Shown: positions 12,267-22,577 of the stretch, in pieces
Numbering within the stretch: the stretch's first letter is position 1
Layout of the letters: every line of letters starts with the position of its first letter
Source of the DNA: a bacterium
GTDB taxonomy: Bacteria; Hinthialibacterota; Hinthialibacteria; Hinthialibacterales; Hinthialibacteraceae
Assembly: GCA_963662285.2 (NCBI GenBank)
Contig: CAXXMV010000008.1
Location: 1,120,001-1,184,000 of the forward strand
Length of the DNA: 64,000 nucleotides
Direction of reading: 5' to 3'
The notes under the pieces: model-generated
Told to the model about the DNA's origin: nothing
Database searches by the model: none
The model's input: the letters and a program-made list of their open reading frames with translations, nothing else
Made by a program: the position numbers and the translations under genes

Positions 12267-12513
12267 TTATTCACCCTACGCACATACTCGTCCTTCCCCA
12301 GCCATTGATTATTCATTCATACTTATTTAATCAACATAAATACTAGAAATCATATTGGCTTTCACATTAATATATCCGGCAGGGAGAAGAAATATTTCAA
12401 TTTTTATGAGGATTTTTTTAACAGCAACTTGAAAATCAGTAAGTTGTATTTTAACAGCAAGTTACAGACATTTAAATAAGAATAACCGATGAGTATAATA
12501 ACATATATTCTAT

Positions 12514-14034
12514 TTATTTTTCTTCTCTGGAGAATAAGAGACTGCGATTAGACAGAAGGCTTTGAAATAATATTTTACCCTGAATGACATATACTATCCC
12601 AGGATTTTCGAGGGGTGATTCTCCAGGCAATGCCTGAACAGGGGCGCCGATGATGACATCACATAATCCATCGCCCTGAATGTCGCCTAAACCGGCAATT
12701 GAAGCTCCAAAAGCGCCAAATGGTTGGGTTCCTTCTACTACTACATATTCAACAGGAGATAATTCACCAATACACATGGGTTGAGTATTGATTATATCAG
12801 GCCATTTCTCGCCGCCAAATAAAAAGATTACCCGACCAGCATGCACTTTGTCGCGTACCGAATCCATAGGTAAGCCAATTGCTATGTCAGCGTATCCATC
12901 TCCGTTGACGTCGCCAACTCCATTGGCAATCTGTACGCTGTTATTTGCATTTTTAATAACGGTTCCCATCTCAGGCGTGAGAGAATGCAGGTCCATTTTA
13001 CCCGGCAAATCTTTACCTCCCCATAACAGGAAGACAGATTGATCTTCCATACCAATAAGAAGATCGGGGAAGCCATCACCATTCACATCACCAGCGTTTT
13101 TAACAAAACGATCAGCATGATCAATAACGATATCGTATTCAGCAGTGTCAACCGATTCTCTACCTTTGATAAGAAAGGCGCGTCCTTTATTATCAGCGCC
13201 TCCTTTGGAGGCGACAATAACTATGTCCGATAATCCATCTGCATCAATATCGATATCACCGCAAACCTTTTGTCCCGCCCTGGTTCCAGCTATTTCACGA
13301 ATGGAGAAGGTATTATCACTTGGGATGCGGGAATCTATTTGAGCAGGGAGTTGTGAATTTCCGTAAATTACAGTAACACGGCAAGCATCATATTCTGTTT
13401 CTTTGGTTCCACTTTTAACTTGAATCTTTTGCGATTTGGGATTTCCAAAAAGAACATCGCTGAAACCATCGCCATTAAAATCACCCGCTCCGGCTACGGA
13501 AAAACCAGTATGAGTGACTACTACGCCTGATTCATTCAGATCGTTAATAGGAATCAAGCGTCGGGATTTTGAAGAACCAAAGATAATATATCCAGTTTTC
13601 AACACAGCAGATCCGATGACGATATCATCGAATCCGTCACCATTGACATCTTTCACACAATCAACCGCACTGCCAATTCGGGACTCAAAGCGTCCCATGA
13701 TTGTCACGCCATCAAAAGAGTTACTCGATAAATCAATTTCACCCCGGTCACGATTCAATTGAGCGCCCGAAACAATAAAAACAGCTCCATTATTATATTC
13801 ATTGCCGAAATCAACCGGTTCAAAGGAGGGAGCGCCAATTATTGCATCCCGGTAACCATCGCCGTTAAAATCACCGGCGGAAGCTACAGAAGCGCCTATT
13901 TCGTAATTTATTGTTCCAGGAAAGGTTATGCGAACCGCCCCTAGAGCATCAATTGTGATAACCGGCCCCGCCCAAACGGAAGAACCGATTAATAACAAGA
14001 TTATTAATGTAAAACAAAATTTATTGTTATACAA
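12514..14034 (-). CDS. Secreted FG-GAP (integrin-alpha-like) repeat protein
   Basis: Signal peptide and repeated GDxNGDGxxDxxIGAP motifs. Confidence 0.92.
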   Translation of the reverse strand: MYNNKFCFTLIILLLIGSSVWAGPVITIDALGAVRITFPGTINYEIGASVASAGDFNGDGYRDAIIGAPSFEPVDFGNEYNNGAVFIVSGAQLNRDRGEIDLSSNSFDGVTIMGRFESRIGSAVDCVKDVNGDGFDDIVIGSAVLKTGYIIFGSSKSRRLIPINDLNESGVVVTHTGFSVAGAGDFNGDGFSDVLFGNPKSQKIQVKSGTKETEYDACRVTVIYGNSQLPAQIDSRIPSDNTFSIREIAGTRAGQKVCGDIDIDADGLSDIVIVASKGGADNKGRAFLIKGRESVDTAEYDIVIDHADRFVKNAGDVNGDGFPDLLIGMEDQSVFLLWGGKDLPGKMDLHSLTPEMGTVIKNANNSVQIANGVGDVNGDGYADIAIGLPMDSVRDKVHAGRVIFLFGGEKWPDIINTQPMCIGELSPVEYVVVEGTQPFGAFGASIAGLGDIQGDGLCDVIIGAPVQALPGESPLENPGIVYVIQGKILFQSLLSNRSLLFSREEK

Positions 14035-14263
14035 TGTCCATCCCTGCCAGATATGGATTGTAAGTACAAGTTATAGAGTGGTTTTATCACGAAAACCATA
14101 TAAAGTAAATAGGAAACAGATAAATGCAACTTTATAGTCAGTATATCATCAATCACCATAACCACCAGGAATGACATACTTTATGTTATTTTTATCAACC
14201 AGATCAACATAAACAAGTTTAACTCTGATTAAAAAACCGCCTTTATACTGATGAGTTGGAAAA

Positions 14264-14320
14264 TACATTAAGGATAATTCACAAAAATCTTTCGTGAATT
14301 ATCCTTAATTATCCTTAATG
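14264..14320. terminator. Long AT-rich inverted repeat, possible terminator
   Basis: ATTAAGGATAATTCAC..GTGAATTATCCTTAAT, with the right arm partly duplicated; downstream of the 14424 gene. Confidence 0.45.
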
Positions 14321-14423
14321 TAATATTGTCCTATAAACGTTTTCGGCTTATCACCGTTTCATCTTAATTAATCGTACAAAAAACAGTTATGACTATAGTC
14401 AAGAGTTATTGGTAATGAGGCGA

Positions 14424-15059
14424 TCAGTTGCCGATTCGAACTATATCTCCATCGCTCATCAGACCATTACTTGAATCATAAGGCAATCCACGCAAAACGC
14501 CGGGATTCCGACCTATTCCCATAGCGCCATCAGGTCCAATACTGATTAGAGCAAATTCCTTTTCTTTCAATGGCCTTAAGTTATAAAGCGGCGCGTTGGC
14601 TGCTTTATAAAGATCTATGCCAAAATCTTCTCCACGACCCGGTTCATTATCAAAATAGATATAACTTCTTCCCTGTTCATTCGCACTGAATCCAACATTC
14701 TTTTCACGTGGGCTGAATGGATCCTGGGGTAAAGAAGACATATAGGAAACTGGTGATGTCAAAGGATAGAATGGGCCTTCAAAAGTAGTATATGGCGGTT
14801 TAGGCCCCACGCTGCTGAAACTATTCTGCCAACGCGGTATAGCTATATCGGCATCATCATCCCAGAAGTCAAGCAGCATAACATTCTTATCCATAGTGAA
14901 CATTTGAATAGATGAAGAGACATTGCGCATATCCGCTTGGGTACGTGCAATTTTTGCTTTTAATTGGGCATTGAGAAAATTGGGTACGGCAATGGCGGCG
15001 AGAATGCCGATAATCGCTACGACTATAAGTAATTCAATTAAAGTAAAAGCGCGCTTCAT
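14424..15059 (-). CDS. Prepilin-type N-terminal cleavage/methylation (GspG-like) protein
   Basis: RA/FTLIELLIVVAIIGILAAIAVPNF; C-terminal SIGPD..YDSSNG..SDGDI; paralogue of 10088-10720. Confidence 0.9.
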   Translation of the reverse strand: MKRAFTLIELLIVVAIIGILAAIAVPNFLNAQLKAKIARTQADMRNVSSSIQMFTMDKNVMLLDFWDDDADIAIPRWQNSFSSVGPKPPYTTFEGPFYPLTSPVSYMSSLPQDPFSPREKNVGFSANEQGRSYIYFDNEPGRGEDFGIDLYKAANAPLYNLRPLKEKEFALISIGPDGAMGIGRNPGVLRGLPYDSSNGLMSDGDIVRIGN

Positions 15060-15344
15060 TTTGATCTCCCTTATGTTATATGTGACTATTAATTTTAGAT
15101 ACCATTATAATGATGATTCCATTTTAGGGGAAATGACAATAATTTTGTAAAAACATGTCATAATATTAATCTAATATGATCTAGCAAGGATTAATATAAA
15201 CAATCTAACGTTAACGTTATTTATTCTAAAACATAAATCTAAAGTAAAACAACCGATTAGTATAGATCATCAAAACAAAATCATGTTTTTTTATGGGATT
15301 TTTCATCAAAAAAGTTATAGTTAACGGGAAGATTTAGTCGTTGA

Positions 15345-15981
15345 TGCGATGAAACCGTGTATGCTCTGGATGCCTCAACCATAGATTTGTGTTTGTCGCT
15401 GTTTCCCTGGGTAAAATTCCGGCAACAGAAAGGAGCCGTTAAACTGCATACCCTGATCGACCTGGGGGGAAGCATTCCGGTCTTCATCCATATCACGGAT
15501 GGCAAGATTCACGATGTGAATGTCTTGCATGTTTTGTTTCCCGAACCCGGTTCGATTTACTTGATGGATCGGGGATATCTCGATTTCCAGCGCTTGTACG
15601 CAATGAACCGGGAGCGCGCCTTCTTTATTATTAGTTCGAAAAAAAACACGCAATTCGAACGTGTCTATTCCCGTCCTATCGATAAAAGCACGGGCTTGCG
15701 GTGCGATCAAACGATCGAACTGTCCAATGCGGATTACGCCAAGGATTATCCTGGCCATCGTCGCCATGTTGGATATTTTGACCGGGAGAAAAAAAAGGCG
15801 GTTTGATTATTTGACGAACAATTTCACGGTTCCGGCGTTGATCGTCGCAGACCTGTATCGTTGCCGGTGGCAGTTGGAACTATTCTTCAAATGGATCAAA
15901 CAACACCTGCGGATCAAAGCGTTTTATGGAATATCCGAAAACGCCGTCAAAACTCAAATCTGGATTGCGATCATCCCATAA
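15345..15981 (+). pseudogene. IS4-family transposase fragment (5'-truncated, frameshifted)
   Basis: DASTIDL, DRGY and, after a frameshift at the A-run near 15790, YRCRWQLELFFKWIKQHL (IS4 YREK signature). Confidence 0.88.
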
Positions 15982-16059
15982 CTAAATGGAACTCAATAGA
16001 AAAAAGAGCAGGAAAGGAGTATCGTTTTCTTTGACAAACCAAGAAGCACTGAAAGTGCT

Positions 16060-16788
16060 CAGGAAGGAAACGACATGTCACCCTCTCCCATGCCAACCGG
16101 AACCGCAAGGCCGCCATGGCGCAAGATCTCTTTTGGGAAACATTTTCTCATCTGCACAAAAAGTTTTCCGCGCTTTGGAGGGCGAACCTTCAAGGGAATG
16201 CCTCGTCGGTTCAAGCGCACCATTAATGTGGTGGACTCAACCACGATCCAGCTCGTCCACAACTGCATCGACTGGGCGCGGCATCGCCGCAAAAAAGCCG
16301 CCGCCAAACTCCATCTCAGTCTCAACCTTCAGTCGTACCTTCCCCGCTTCGTTTTGGTAGACAGCGCCCGTCACAGCGATCCCAAAAAGGCCTGGCAACT
16401 CTGCGCCCTCATGGGCCAGGGCGAAATCGTCGTCTTCGACAAAGCCTACGTCGATTTCAGCCATCTCAATGACCTCAACCAACGAGGCGTTTTCTGGGTC
16501 ACAATCGCAACGCTATTTTGTGGCAAATTTGGACAGCGCTCCTACTTTATATTTTGCTGCGTTTTCTTGTCTTTTCCAACAGTTGGAATGCCGGGTTCAA
16601 ACGGCTCTTTTGCTTGTTGCGTTCCTGCGTCTGGGATACCTTTTCCATAATCAAATTGCTTGCATCCTGTGGGACAGCACGCGGTGCGCCACGCCATGTC
16701 GCTACGGCGCACCACGCATATTTGCCTGGTTTTATCCCCTTTGAGGAGAATTAGGCAATTGGCTCAGTCGATCCTATGGGACAGCAGT
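16060..16788 (+). pseudogene. Second IS4-family remnant with internal deletion
   Basis: VDSTTIQL..AKLH and FDKAY, then a jump to the C-terminal WQIWTALL frame; IS4-like end CTATGGGACAGCAGT at 16774-16788. Confidence 0.8.
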
Positions 16789-17007
16789 TGACCGCGTTGG
16801 ATAGGGAATCTGGGTGGTAAGAAAAAAAGTCTGCGTTTTCTTTGAAGTATGTGGTGGTGCTTGATCCATTACTACGACTAAGTGTCTTCTCTTATGGTGT
16901 TTCAATAATTGATCCAGAAAATGGATCACTTCGTCCGATGCTATTCTTTTAGGTTTCAGTGGAATATTTTAGTATGCTTATGATGGACATGTCTCGAAGA
17001 ACGATTG

Positions 17008-17051
17008 AAATAGAGGGCTTTGGGAAATTAATTCTCAGAGCCCTCTATTTT
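17008..17051. terminator. Hairpin, possible bidirectional terminator
   Basis: AAATAGAGGGCTTTGGGAA / TTCTCAGAGCCCTCTATTT arms with A and T flanks. Confidence 0.55.
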
Positions 17052-17073
17052 TCTGAATCTTGAAGGTGACAAA

Positions 17074-17307
17074 ATGGAAATAAACAATCCCAACCAATCG
17101 ATCAAATCAGAAACACGGCCAGTGGAGTATCTAACCCGACAGAAAGCAGCAGATTATCTCCGTATATCGGTGCGATTGTTGGATCAGAAAGCGGCAGTCG
17201 GGGAGATCGCATATTAGAAGTTGGGGAATGGTCCGACTAGCCGTGTATTGTACAAATTCATTGACCTCAAGAAGTATATCGAAAAAAAGTGCCGGGTTGA
17301 GATATAA
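17074..17307 (+). pseudogene. Degenerate excisionase-like HTH gene
   Basis: MEINNP..YLTRQKAADYLRISVRLLDQKAAVG, then a frameshift and a stop before KLGNGPTSRVLYKFIDLKKYIEKKCRVEI. Confidence 0.7.
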
Positions 17308-17414
17308 TGTGTTTAGAGAGACCACGGATTAAAACCGTTGGTCACCATTTGGTCACCATCACCAAAACGGGAAAATGGATAAATTCGTAAGTCAAATTTT
17401 TTGTGGGTATTAAA

Positions 17415-17461
17415 TGGTGGGCCATATAGGAATTGAACCTATAACCTGCCGATTAAGAGTC
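17415..17461 (-). tRNA. 3' half of tRNA-Lys(CTT), att-site copy, not a full gene
   Basis: Minus strand GACTCTTAATCGGCAGGTTATAGGTTCAATTCCTATATGGCCCACCA gives the CTT anticodon loop, T-arm GGTTCAATTCC and CCA end; no D-arm or 5' acceptor strand upstream. Confidence 0.88.
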
Positions 17462-17500
17462 ATTTGATGCACTGATTTTTCTAATTCTTCATATCTTCTT

Positions 17501-17632
17501 ATGAGTCAATATTTTATAACGTAATTCACATGATGTCAATAGTTTATAGCGATATTTTTTTGTGACGTCTTTTCACGTTGAGTCACTTTTTCGTTCATGA
17601 AACGCCGCATAATCTGAGTCAAAAATGAGTCA
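17501..17632. repeat. Candidate integrase arm-type sites (TGAGTCA x4)
   Basis: TGAGTCA at 17501, 17579, 17615 and 17626, between the att core and the integrase. Confidence 0.6.
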
Positions 17633-17684
17633 GTTTATATTCCCATTAAATCAAAAATCGGCTATATTATTGTAGAGATTCCAA

Positions 17685-18734
17685 TTGAAAGGACCGGGGA
17701 TGTCTCATCTCACTAAACGAAAAGGCTCTTCATACTGGCATATTCGCTACACGCATCCCATAACAGGAAAAACGACTTTTAAGAGCACGAAATCAAAAGA
17801 ATATAGGCAGGCTTTGAGTCTGAAAAAAGAATTCGATAAAAAGATGGCGAAAGGGGCCATGGCGGAGGTAGTAGGAAGCAAAGGTACGCTTGCTGAACTC
17901 GCCGAGAAATATTGTGAGTGGGTGAAAGATAGACGATCACCGAAATGGTCGATGCAATTGGGAAGAATGATCAATAATGAGATTTTGCCATTTATCGGTA
18001 AAAATACCCGGATTACAAAAATCACGAAAAACAAACTCTATTCGTTTCAGACCTACTTGATCGACAGAAAACTTTCGAAACGTACCGTTAATCTGTACGT
18101 CGGAACCCTTCGCGCAATGTTGAGAAAAGTACCGGAATGGTATTCCACATTAAGAGATTGGAATCCTCCACGTATTGAGGAACTTCGTTTGGAAGTAAAA
18201 CCGCCCCGGTTCTTTTCGGAAGAAGAATGCGATCACCTGCTACATGTTGCGAAAGAATATAGCGAGCCCATTTATCTGACAGTAGCGTTTGCCCGGTACT
18301 GTGGTTTCCGCAAGAGCGAAATCATGAGGCTAAAATGGGAAGACATCGACCTGAAGGAGAATCGCATCATGGTTGATACAAGAAAGAACAAACACTTTCT
18401 TGGCGTTCCAATCCATCCAAAACTTGCTGAGATTCTGATGACGATTCCCAAAACTGAACGAGAAGGGCAAGTCATTAAAAAGAAAGGCGAGGGATTTCGC
18501 CTCGATATCCGTTACCCTTGGGAACAAGTTCGAAAAATCGCTGGCGAAAAGCATGGCGTTCGGCAGGATTTGGGATTACATGGACTCCGGCATTCTTTTG
18601 GCGCTCATCTCGCTCAAAAAGGAGTTGGGATTCACGCCCTTCGCGAATTAATGGGTCATAAAGATCTTCAGGTCACACAACGATACGCTCATCTCAATGA
18701 TGAACGGTTAAGAGAAGATATTGAAAAACTGTAA
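17685..18734 (+). CDS. Tyrosine recombinase/integrase
   Basis: Catalytic set GFRKSE (R), HGLRH, MGH, TQRY; N-terminal arm-binding-like KRKGSSYWHIRY. The true start may be ATG at 17700. Confidence 0.95.
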   Translation: MKGPGMSHLTKRKGSSYWHIRYTHPITGKTTFKSTKSKEYRQALSLKKEFDKKMAKGAMAEVVGSKGTLAELAEKYCEWVKDRRSPKWSMQLGRMINNEILPFIGKNTRITKITKNKLYSFQTYLIDRKLSKRTVNLYVGTLRAMLRKVPEWYSTLRDWNPPRIEELRLEVKPPRFFSEEECDHLLHVAKEYSEPIYLTVAFARYCGFRKSEIMRLKWEDIDLKENRIMVDTRKNKHFLGVPIHPKLAEILMTIPKTEREGQVIKKKGEGFRLDIRYPWEQVRKIAGEKHGVRQDLGLHGLRHSFGAHLAQKGVGIHALRELMGHKDLQVTQRYAHLNDERLREDIEKL

Positions 18735-18752
18735 TTATTACAGGGAGGATCA

Positions 18753-19043
18753 ATGTCCAACGAAATCAAAATTCAACTCGAACAAAATATAAAACTCGAA
18801 TCATTGCTTGAAGAATTGATTGATGAGCAAAAAGAAACCAATCGGCTTCTAGCCGAATTAATCCAGAAGGATTCAACCGGAAAAGAGAATTTCAATCACA
18901 AAGAAGCATCTGCGTTTTTGGGAATTAGTCCTGCAACTTTGTATGATATGGTGAGTGAGAAACGGATTAAATGCAGAAAGATCGGCGGAAAAAATCTGTA
19001 CCATAAAGATGAACTTGAGAGAATAATCGAAGACAAGAAATGA
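18753..19043 (+). CDS. Excisionase-like HTH protein
   Basis: FNHKEASAFLGISPATLYDMVSEKRIKCRKIGGK; GGAGG RBS; follows the integrase. Confidence 0.85.
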   Translation: MSNEIKIQLEQNIKLESLLEELIDEQKETNRLLAELIQKDSTGKENFNHKEASAFLGISPATLYDMVSEKRIKCRKIGGKNLYHKDELERIIEDKK

Positions 19044-19608
19044 CCTTCAAGAAACATTTTGCATGGATTCTTAAACAGTGATTTCATCAAGAAAATTATG
19101 AGGTACAAAACGCAGTACAAATCTTTATATTAAATCCATAAACCCTATTTCAAATCCTAGAATCCGTTGATTTTAAATGTGAGATCTAATTTTCGTTTCT
19201 CAGCTTGGGAATAAGTCGCCTGCTTGAAGAGCATTGCGTAACAACCGATAACAACAAGTAGCAATAGACTCGCAATATTGGACTTACGAAACCAATCTGA
19301 ATAACAACGAGTAACATCGGATAGCGCAAAAACTCCACCGGTGTAGCGCATTGCTCCACGATGCTACTCAATGATTCTGCCCACATTATCATAACTTATG
19401 AGCCTGTCAATATGAATTCTATATTGATTTTCACAATGGCCCTCAGCCCAACTAGCTGATGTCCTTGCCATTTGCTCCCTAATATTCTAAATCTGATCTT
19501 AGAATATGTCTTTCAGCCCAAATATCTGATTCCATCAATAGTGAATCCCATAATGTGTCTTTTTTACAAGTCTTTTAATCAAGGTCAGTTACTGTTCAAC
19601 CGACTTTT

Positions 19609-20076
19609 TTGACCCTACGGGAGGGCGTGATGCTTCCCGCGAGCGAGAAGGTGTACAGTCTGTTTGAAGAACATACGGAACTGTTGAAACGGGGCAAGGC
19701 GGGCAAGCCGGTCGAATTCGGACATAAGATTTTGGTGGCGCAGAACGAAGACAAATACATCACGCATTACGAGGTGTTGCCCCAGCGGAAAGAAGATAAA
19801 GATTTGCTGGAGGATACTCTGCAGGCGCATAAAAACTTGTTCGGGCAAGCGCCGAGCGTGTTGGCGGCGGACCGAGGATTCTATCAAGACCGCCAGCAAC
19901 TCAAGGCCTTGGCCGAAGAGATCGAAACCGTATCAATGGCCGTAAAGGGGAACCGAACGGAAGAAGAGAAGGCCTGGGAAAGCAGCGAAGAATTCAAGGA
20001 GGGGCAAAGGTTCCGGGCGGGCTCGGAAGGCTCGATCTCGGTCTTAAAACGGGCGTATAAGTTAAATAAATGGTAA
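19609..20076 (+). pseudogene. IS5/ISNCY-like DDE transposase C-terminal fragment
   Basis: KVYSLFE, RGKAGKPVEFG, ADRGF, RAGSEGSIS; no N-terminus. Confidence 0.8.
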
Positions 20077-20159
20077 CTGGTCAGCGTCATACGGAAAAAA
20101 GTAAAGAAAGTTATGCTGTACATCTGTTTAAAAATTCTGCCTGTGCCATCATGTAGCCT

Positions 20160-20507
20160 ATGAAGGCAGATAACATTGACATCGAAGCCACACTAACCAA
20201 GGCTCGCGAAACGCTCGCATCCAATTCATTGGACCCTAGTATCAAGGGACTGATCGAGTTACTCATTTTGATCGTCTCAATCCTCAGCGGCCGCTTGAAA
20301 CTCAATAGCAAGAATAGCAGTAAGCCGCCGTCCCAAGATCCCAATCGAAAAAAAACTCCAAAGGACTCAGTCAAAAAAAAGCCCGGCGGTCAGGAAGGGC
20401 ACCAAGGAAAAACGCTTAAGCAGGTCAAGAATCCCGATCGCATTGTAAAACTATCCGTGGTGCCGACAACGTTCAGAAAATGCCCCAGTGTGACGATTGG
20501 ATTTTGA
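20160..20507 (+). pseudogene. IS66-family transposase N-terminal fragment
   Basis: LNSKNSSKPPSQD..KKPGGQEGHQG, truncated before the catalytic domain. Confidence 0.8.
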
Positions 20508-20705
20508 CCCACTCCAGTGATGTTTTACATGTTTGTAAATCTCCTTGCAAGTTTAAATAAAGAAAATCATGAATGACGCATTCACATGGTTGTGGAGGAG
20601 GCGATTTCCGAAACGTATGCAATGGCATCTTTCCTGTTTAGCAATTCACACACAACTCTCTAAATTCTTTACATCACAGTGCAGACCATCAATCGAATAT
20701 GCGAT

Positions 20706-20762
20706 TGCAAACTAAACGTTAACCTCATCTTTTATTAGACTTGATGGTCGGATGAATAGTTT
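20706..20762 (+). repeat. 57-bp direct repeat, copy 1
   Basis: TGCAAACTAAACGTTAACCTCATCTTTTATTAGACTTGATGGTCGGATGAATAGTTT; one mismatch to 24156-24212. Confidence 0.9.
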
Positions 20763-20794
20763 GACCGTGTTATGAAAACAGACAACATTATCAT

Positions 20795-21046
20795 TCACAC
20801 CGACTCCTGCGCCCCGGCTGGACAACCAGCCTTGCGGGCCAGGCCATCTGGATTGGTACCGTCGTTGGCCAGTTCGGGAAAAGCCGCAGGGGCGAGTAAC
20901 GCGGCGACCAGACCCTCGAAGAGGCGACCGCGAGCGCCGGACGGCTTGACGATGGCCGTCCGCCAGAAGCCGAACCCTTCGATCACGCCGGGCGTGGTGA
21001 GGGCGGGGTCAGACCGGCGCGGTAAATCATCGAGACCGGCCCTCAT
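20795..21046 (-). pseudogene. Probable truncated third gene of the TIR cassette
   Basis: ATGA overlap with the TIR-TPR stop; GC-rich; ends where composition switches, just before the direct repeat. Confidence 0.4.
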
Positions 21047-22563
21047 GTTTCCGCCTTGTCGATCTGATCGAAGCCCTTTGTTTCGCTGGAGCGTTCAAGG
21101 TCGTACATCGCACGCTCATGCCGCCCAAGAACCCAGTTTGCGTATCCTATGTAATAGAAATCCTCTTTCGTATTCGGCAGCATTTTCGCGAGGTGCTCGG
21201 CCGTTTGCAGGGCATCTTTACACCCCGCCCGGCGCTCGACGATCAGCCGCTCAAACCAGACATAGAGCCGGTCCGGCAGAAGTTCCGTCACGCGATTCGC
21301 AATCGGCACGGCTTCTCCGTACTGACCCGTTTCGAGAAAGTATCTGACGAGGTGACAGCCCAATTCAGCGTCTTCGGAATGTTCCTTCCAAGCCTGGAGC
21401 AACAGTTCGCGAGCCTCCGTATGACGCCGCATGTCGACCAAGACGTTGGCTAAATTGATATAGGTAGATGGCGTCGCCTGGCGCTCGCGCACTTTTTTGA
21501 AAAAGATCGCTGCCGCCTGCTCACTTTGCCCCATTCCGGCTAAACCGAGAGCCAAAGCCTCCTGTGCCTGTTCTCGTTCGTCCTCGGTCAGATAGCGCCC
21601 GGTCTCGATCACGCTGCAGGCCTTGGGAAGATCCACGACCTTTTCGCCCGCAAACAGTTCGTTGACCACCACGCCCGTGGCGGCCGCCGGATCGGACGGG
21701 TCGCGGCGTAAAGCCTCCCGGTACAACTCCGCCGCTTCGGCGAACAACCCCTGGGCCTGCCGAACGTAGCCCAGCGCGCCGAAGAGGCTCTCCTCACATT
21801 CGGGATGAAGCCTTAAGGCGGTCAACGCCTGAACCGATTCGGGCAACCGTCCCACCGCGATAAGGCAAACCGCCCGGGCCACATAGGGGTAATAAAACGT
21901 TTCCCCCTCGTATTCGTTCTCGACCATTGCGGTGAAATACTCGATTGCCTTCAATGCTTGCGCATAATCGCCTTGCTCCAACCCGAGTTTGCAGACGCGG
22001 ATGGCCTTGTCCAACCGGGCATAGAGAATATTGGACCGTTCCGTGTCGCGAGGAACGCGCTGCATAAGCTCGCGGTCGACCCGTTCCATCAGCGGCAAAC
22101 GTGGCGTGTCGGCGACCAGTCCAAAAAAGGGAACGCCGACGTCCTGACACACGCGGGCGACGGCGTCCTCCATTTGCGCTCGCGCCTCCACCCCGCCGCC
22201 GAAAAAGTGATAGCGGATAGCGCGGAGACCGGCATACGGACCCGGCCAGAGATCGATGTCGAGCACCGAGCGTTCCACTAAGGGAATAATCCGTAGACCG
22301 CCGTCGACGTGCCGATTCAGAGCACACTCGACTTCCGCCGCCGTAAACGGGGAACGCAGGCTGTTGAGGGACACGACCGGCAGGAAGAGCGTGCACTTGC
22401 CGACCCGGTCCCGAAGATAAGAAGTGATCGTCTCGCCTCCGGGAATTTCATCCCCCTCGACGGAGTAATCCCAAACATTCAGGCTTTGCGCCTGAAGCCG
22501 GGTCAACAGCCGCGGCACAAACGTATCGCGGCTTGAAAAAGATAAGAAGGTCTTCAACTCCAT
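21043..22563 (-). CDS. TIR-domain + TPR protein
   Basis: TFLSFSSRD..LFLPVVSLNSLRSPFTAAEVECAL..IIPL (TIR with the conserved Glu), followed by several TPR-like helical repeats. Confidence 0.85.
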   Translation of the reverse strand: MELKTFLSFSSRDTFVPRLLTRLQAQSLNVWDYSVEGDEIPGGETITSYLRDRVGKCTLFLPVVSLNSLRSPFTAAEVECALNRHVDGGLRIIPLVERSVLDIDLWPGPYAGLRAIRYHFFGGGVEARAQMEDAVARVCQDVGVPFFGLVADTPRLPLMERVDRELMQRVPRDTERSNILYARLDKAIRVCKLGLEQGDYAQALKAIEYFTAMVENEYEGETFYYPYVARAVCLIAVGRLPESVQALTALRLHPECEESLFGALGYVRQAQGLFAEAAELYREALRRDPSDPAAATGVVVNELFAGEKVVDLPKACSVIETGRYLTEDEREQAQEALALGLAGMGQSEQAAAIFFKKVRERQATPSTYINLANVLVDMRRHTEARELLLQAWKEHSEDAELGCHLVRYFLETGQYGEAVPIANRVTELLPDRLYVWFERLIVERRAGCKDALQTAEHLAKMLPNTKEDFYYIGYANWVLGRHERAMYDLERSSETKGFDQIDKAET

Positions 22564-22577
22564 AAACGCAAGTATCC

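Noticed and set aside
12438-12470. GTAAGTTG..CAAGTTAC imperfect palindrome, with loose relatives near 5288 and 54931
   Set aside because: Too degenerate in AT-rich DNA to distinguish from chance without statistics.
17415-17480. Complete tRNA-Lys gene
   Set aside because: The 5' half (acceptor strand, D-arm) is missing; treated as an att copy.
19150-19600. Possible decayed minus-strand gene
   Set aside because: Several stops and no recognisable motif, so no call can be supported.
20772-21347. 191-aa plus-strand ORF
   Set aside because: Low-complexity R/P/A/S shadow of GC-rich minus-strand genes.
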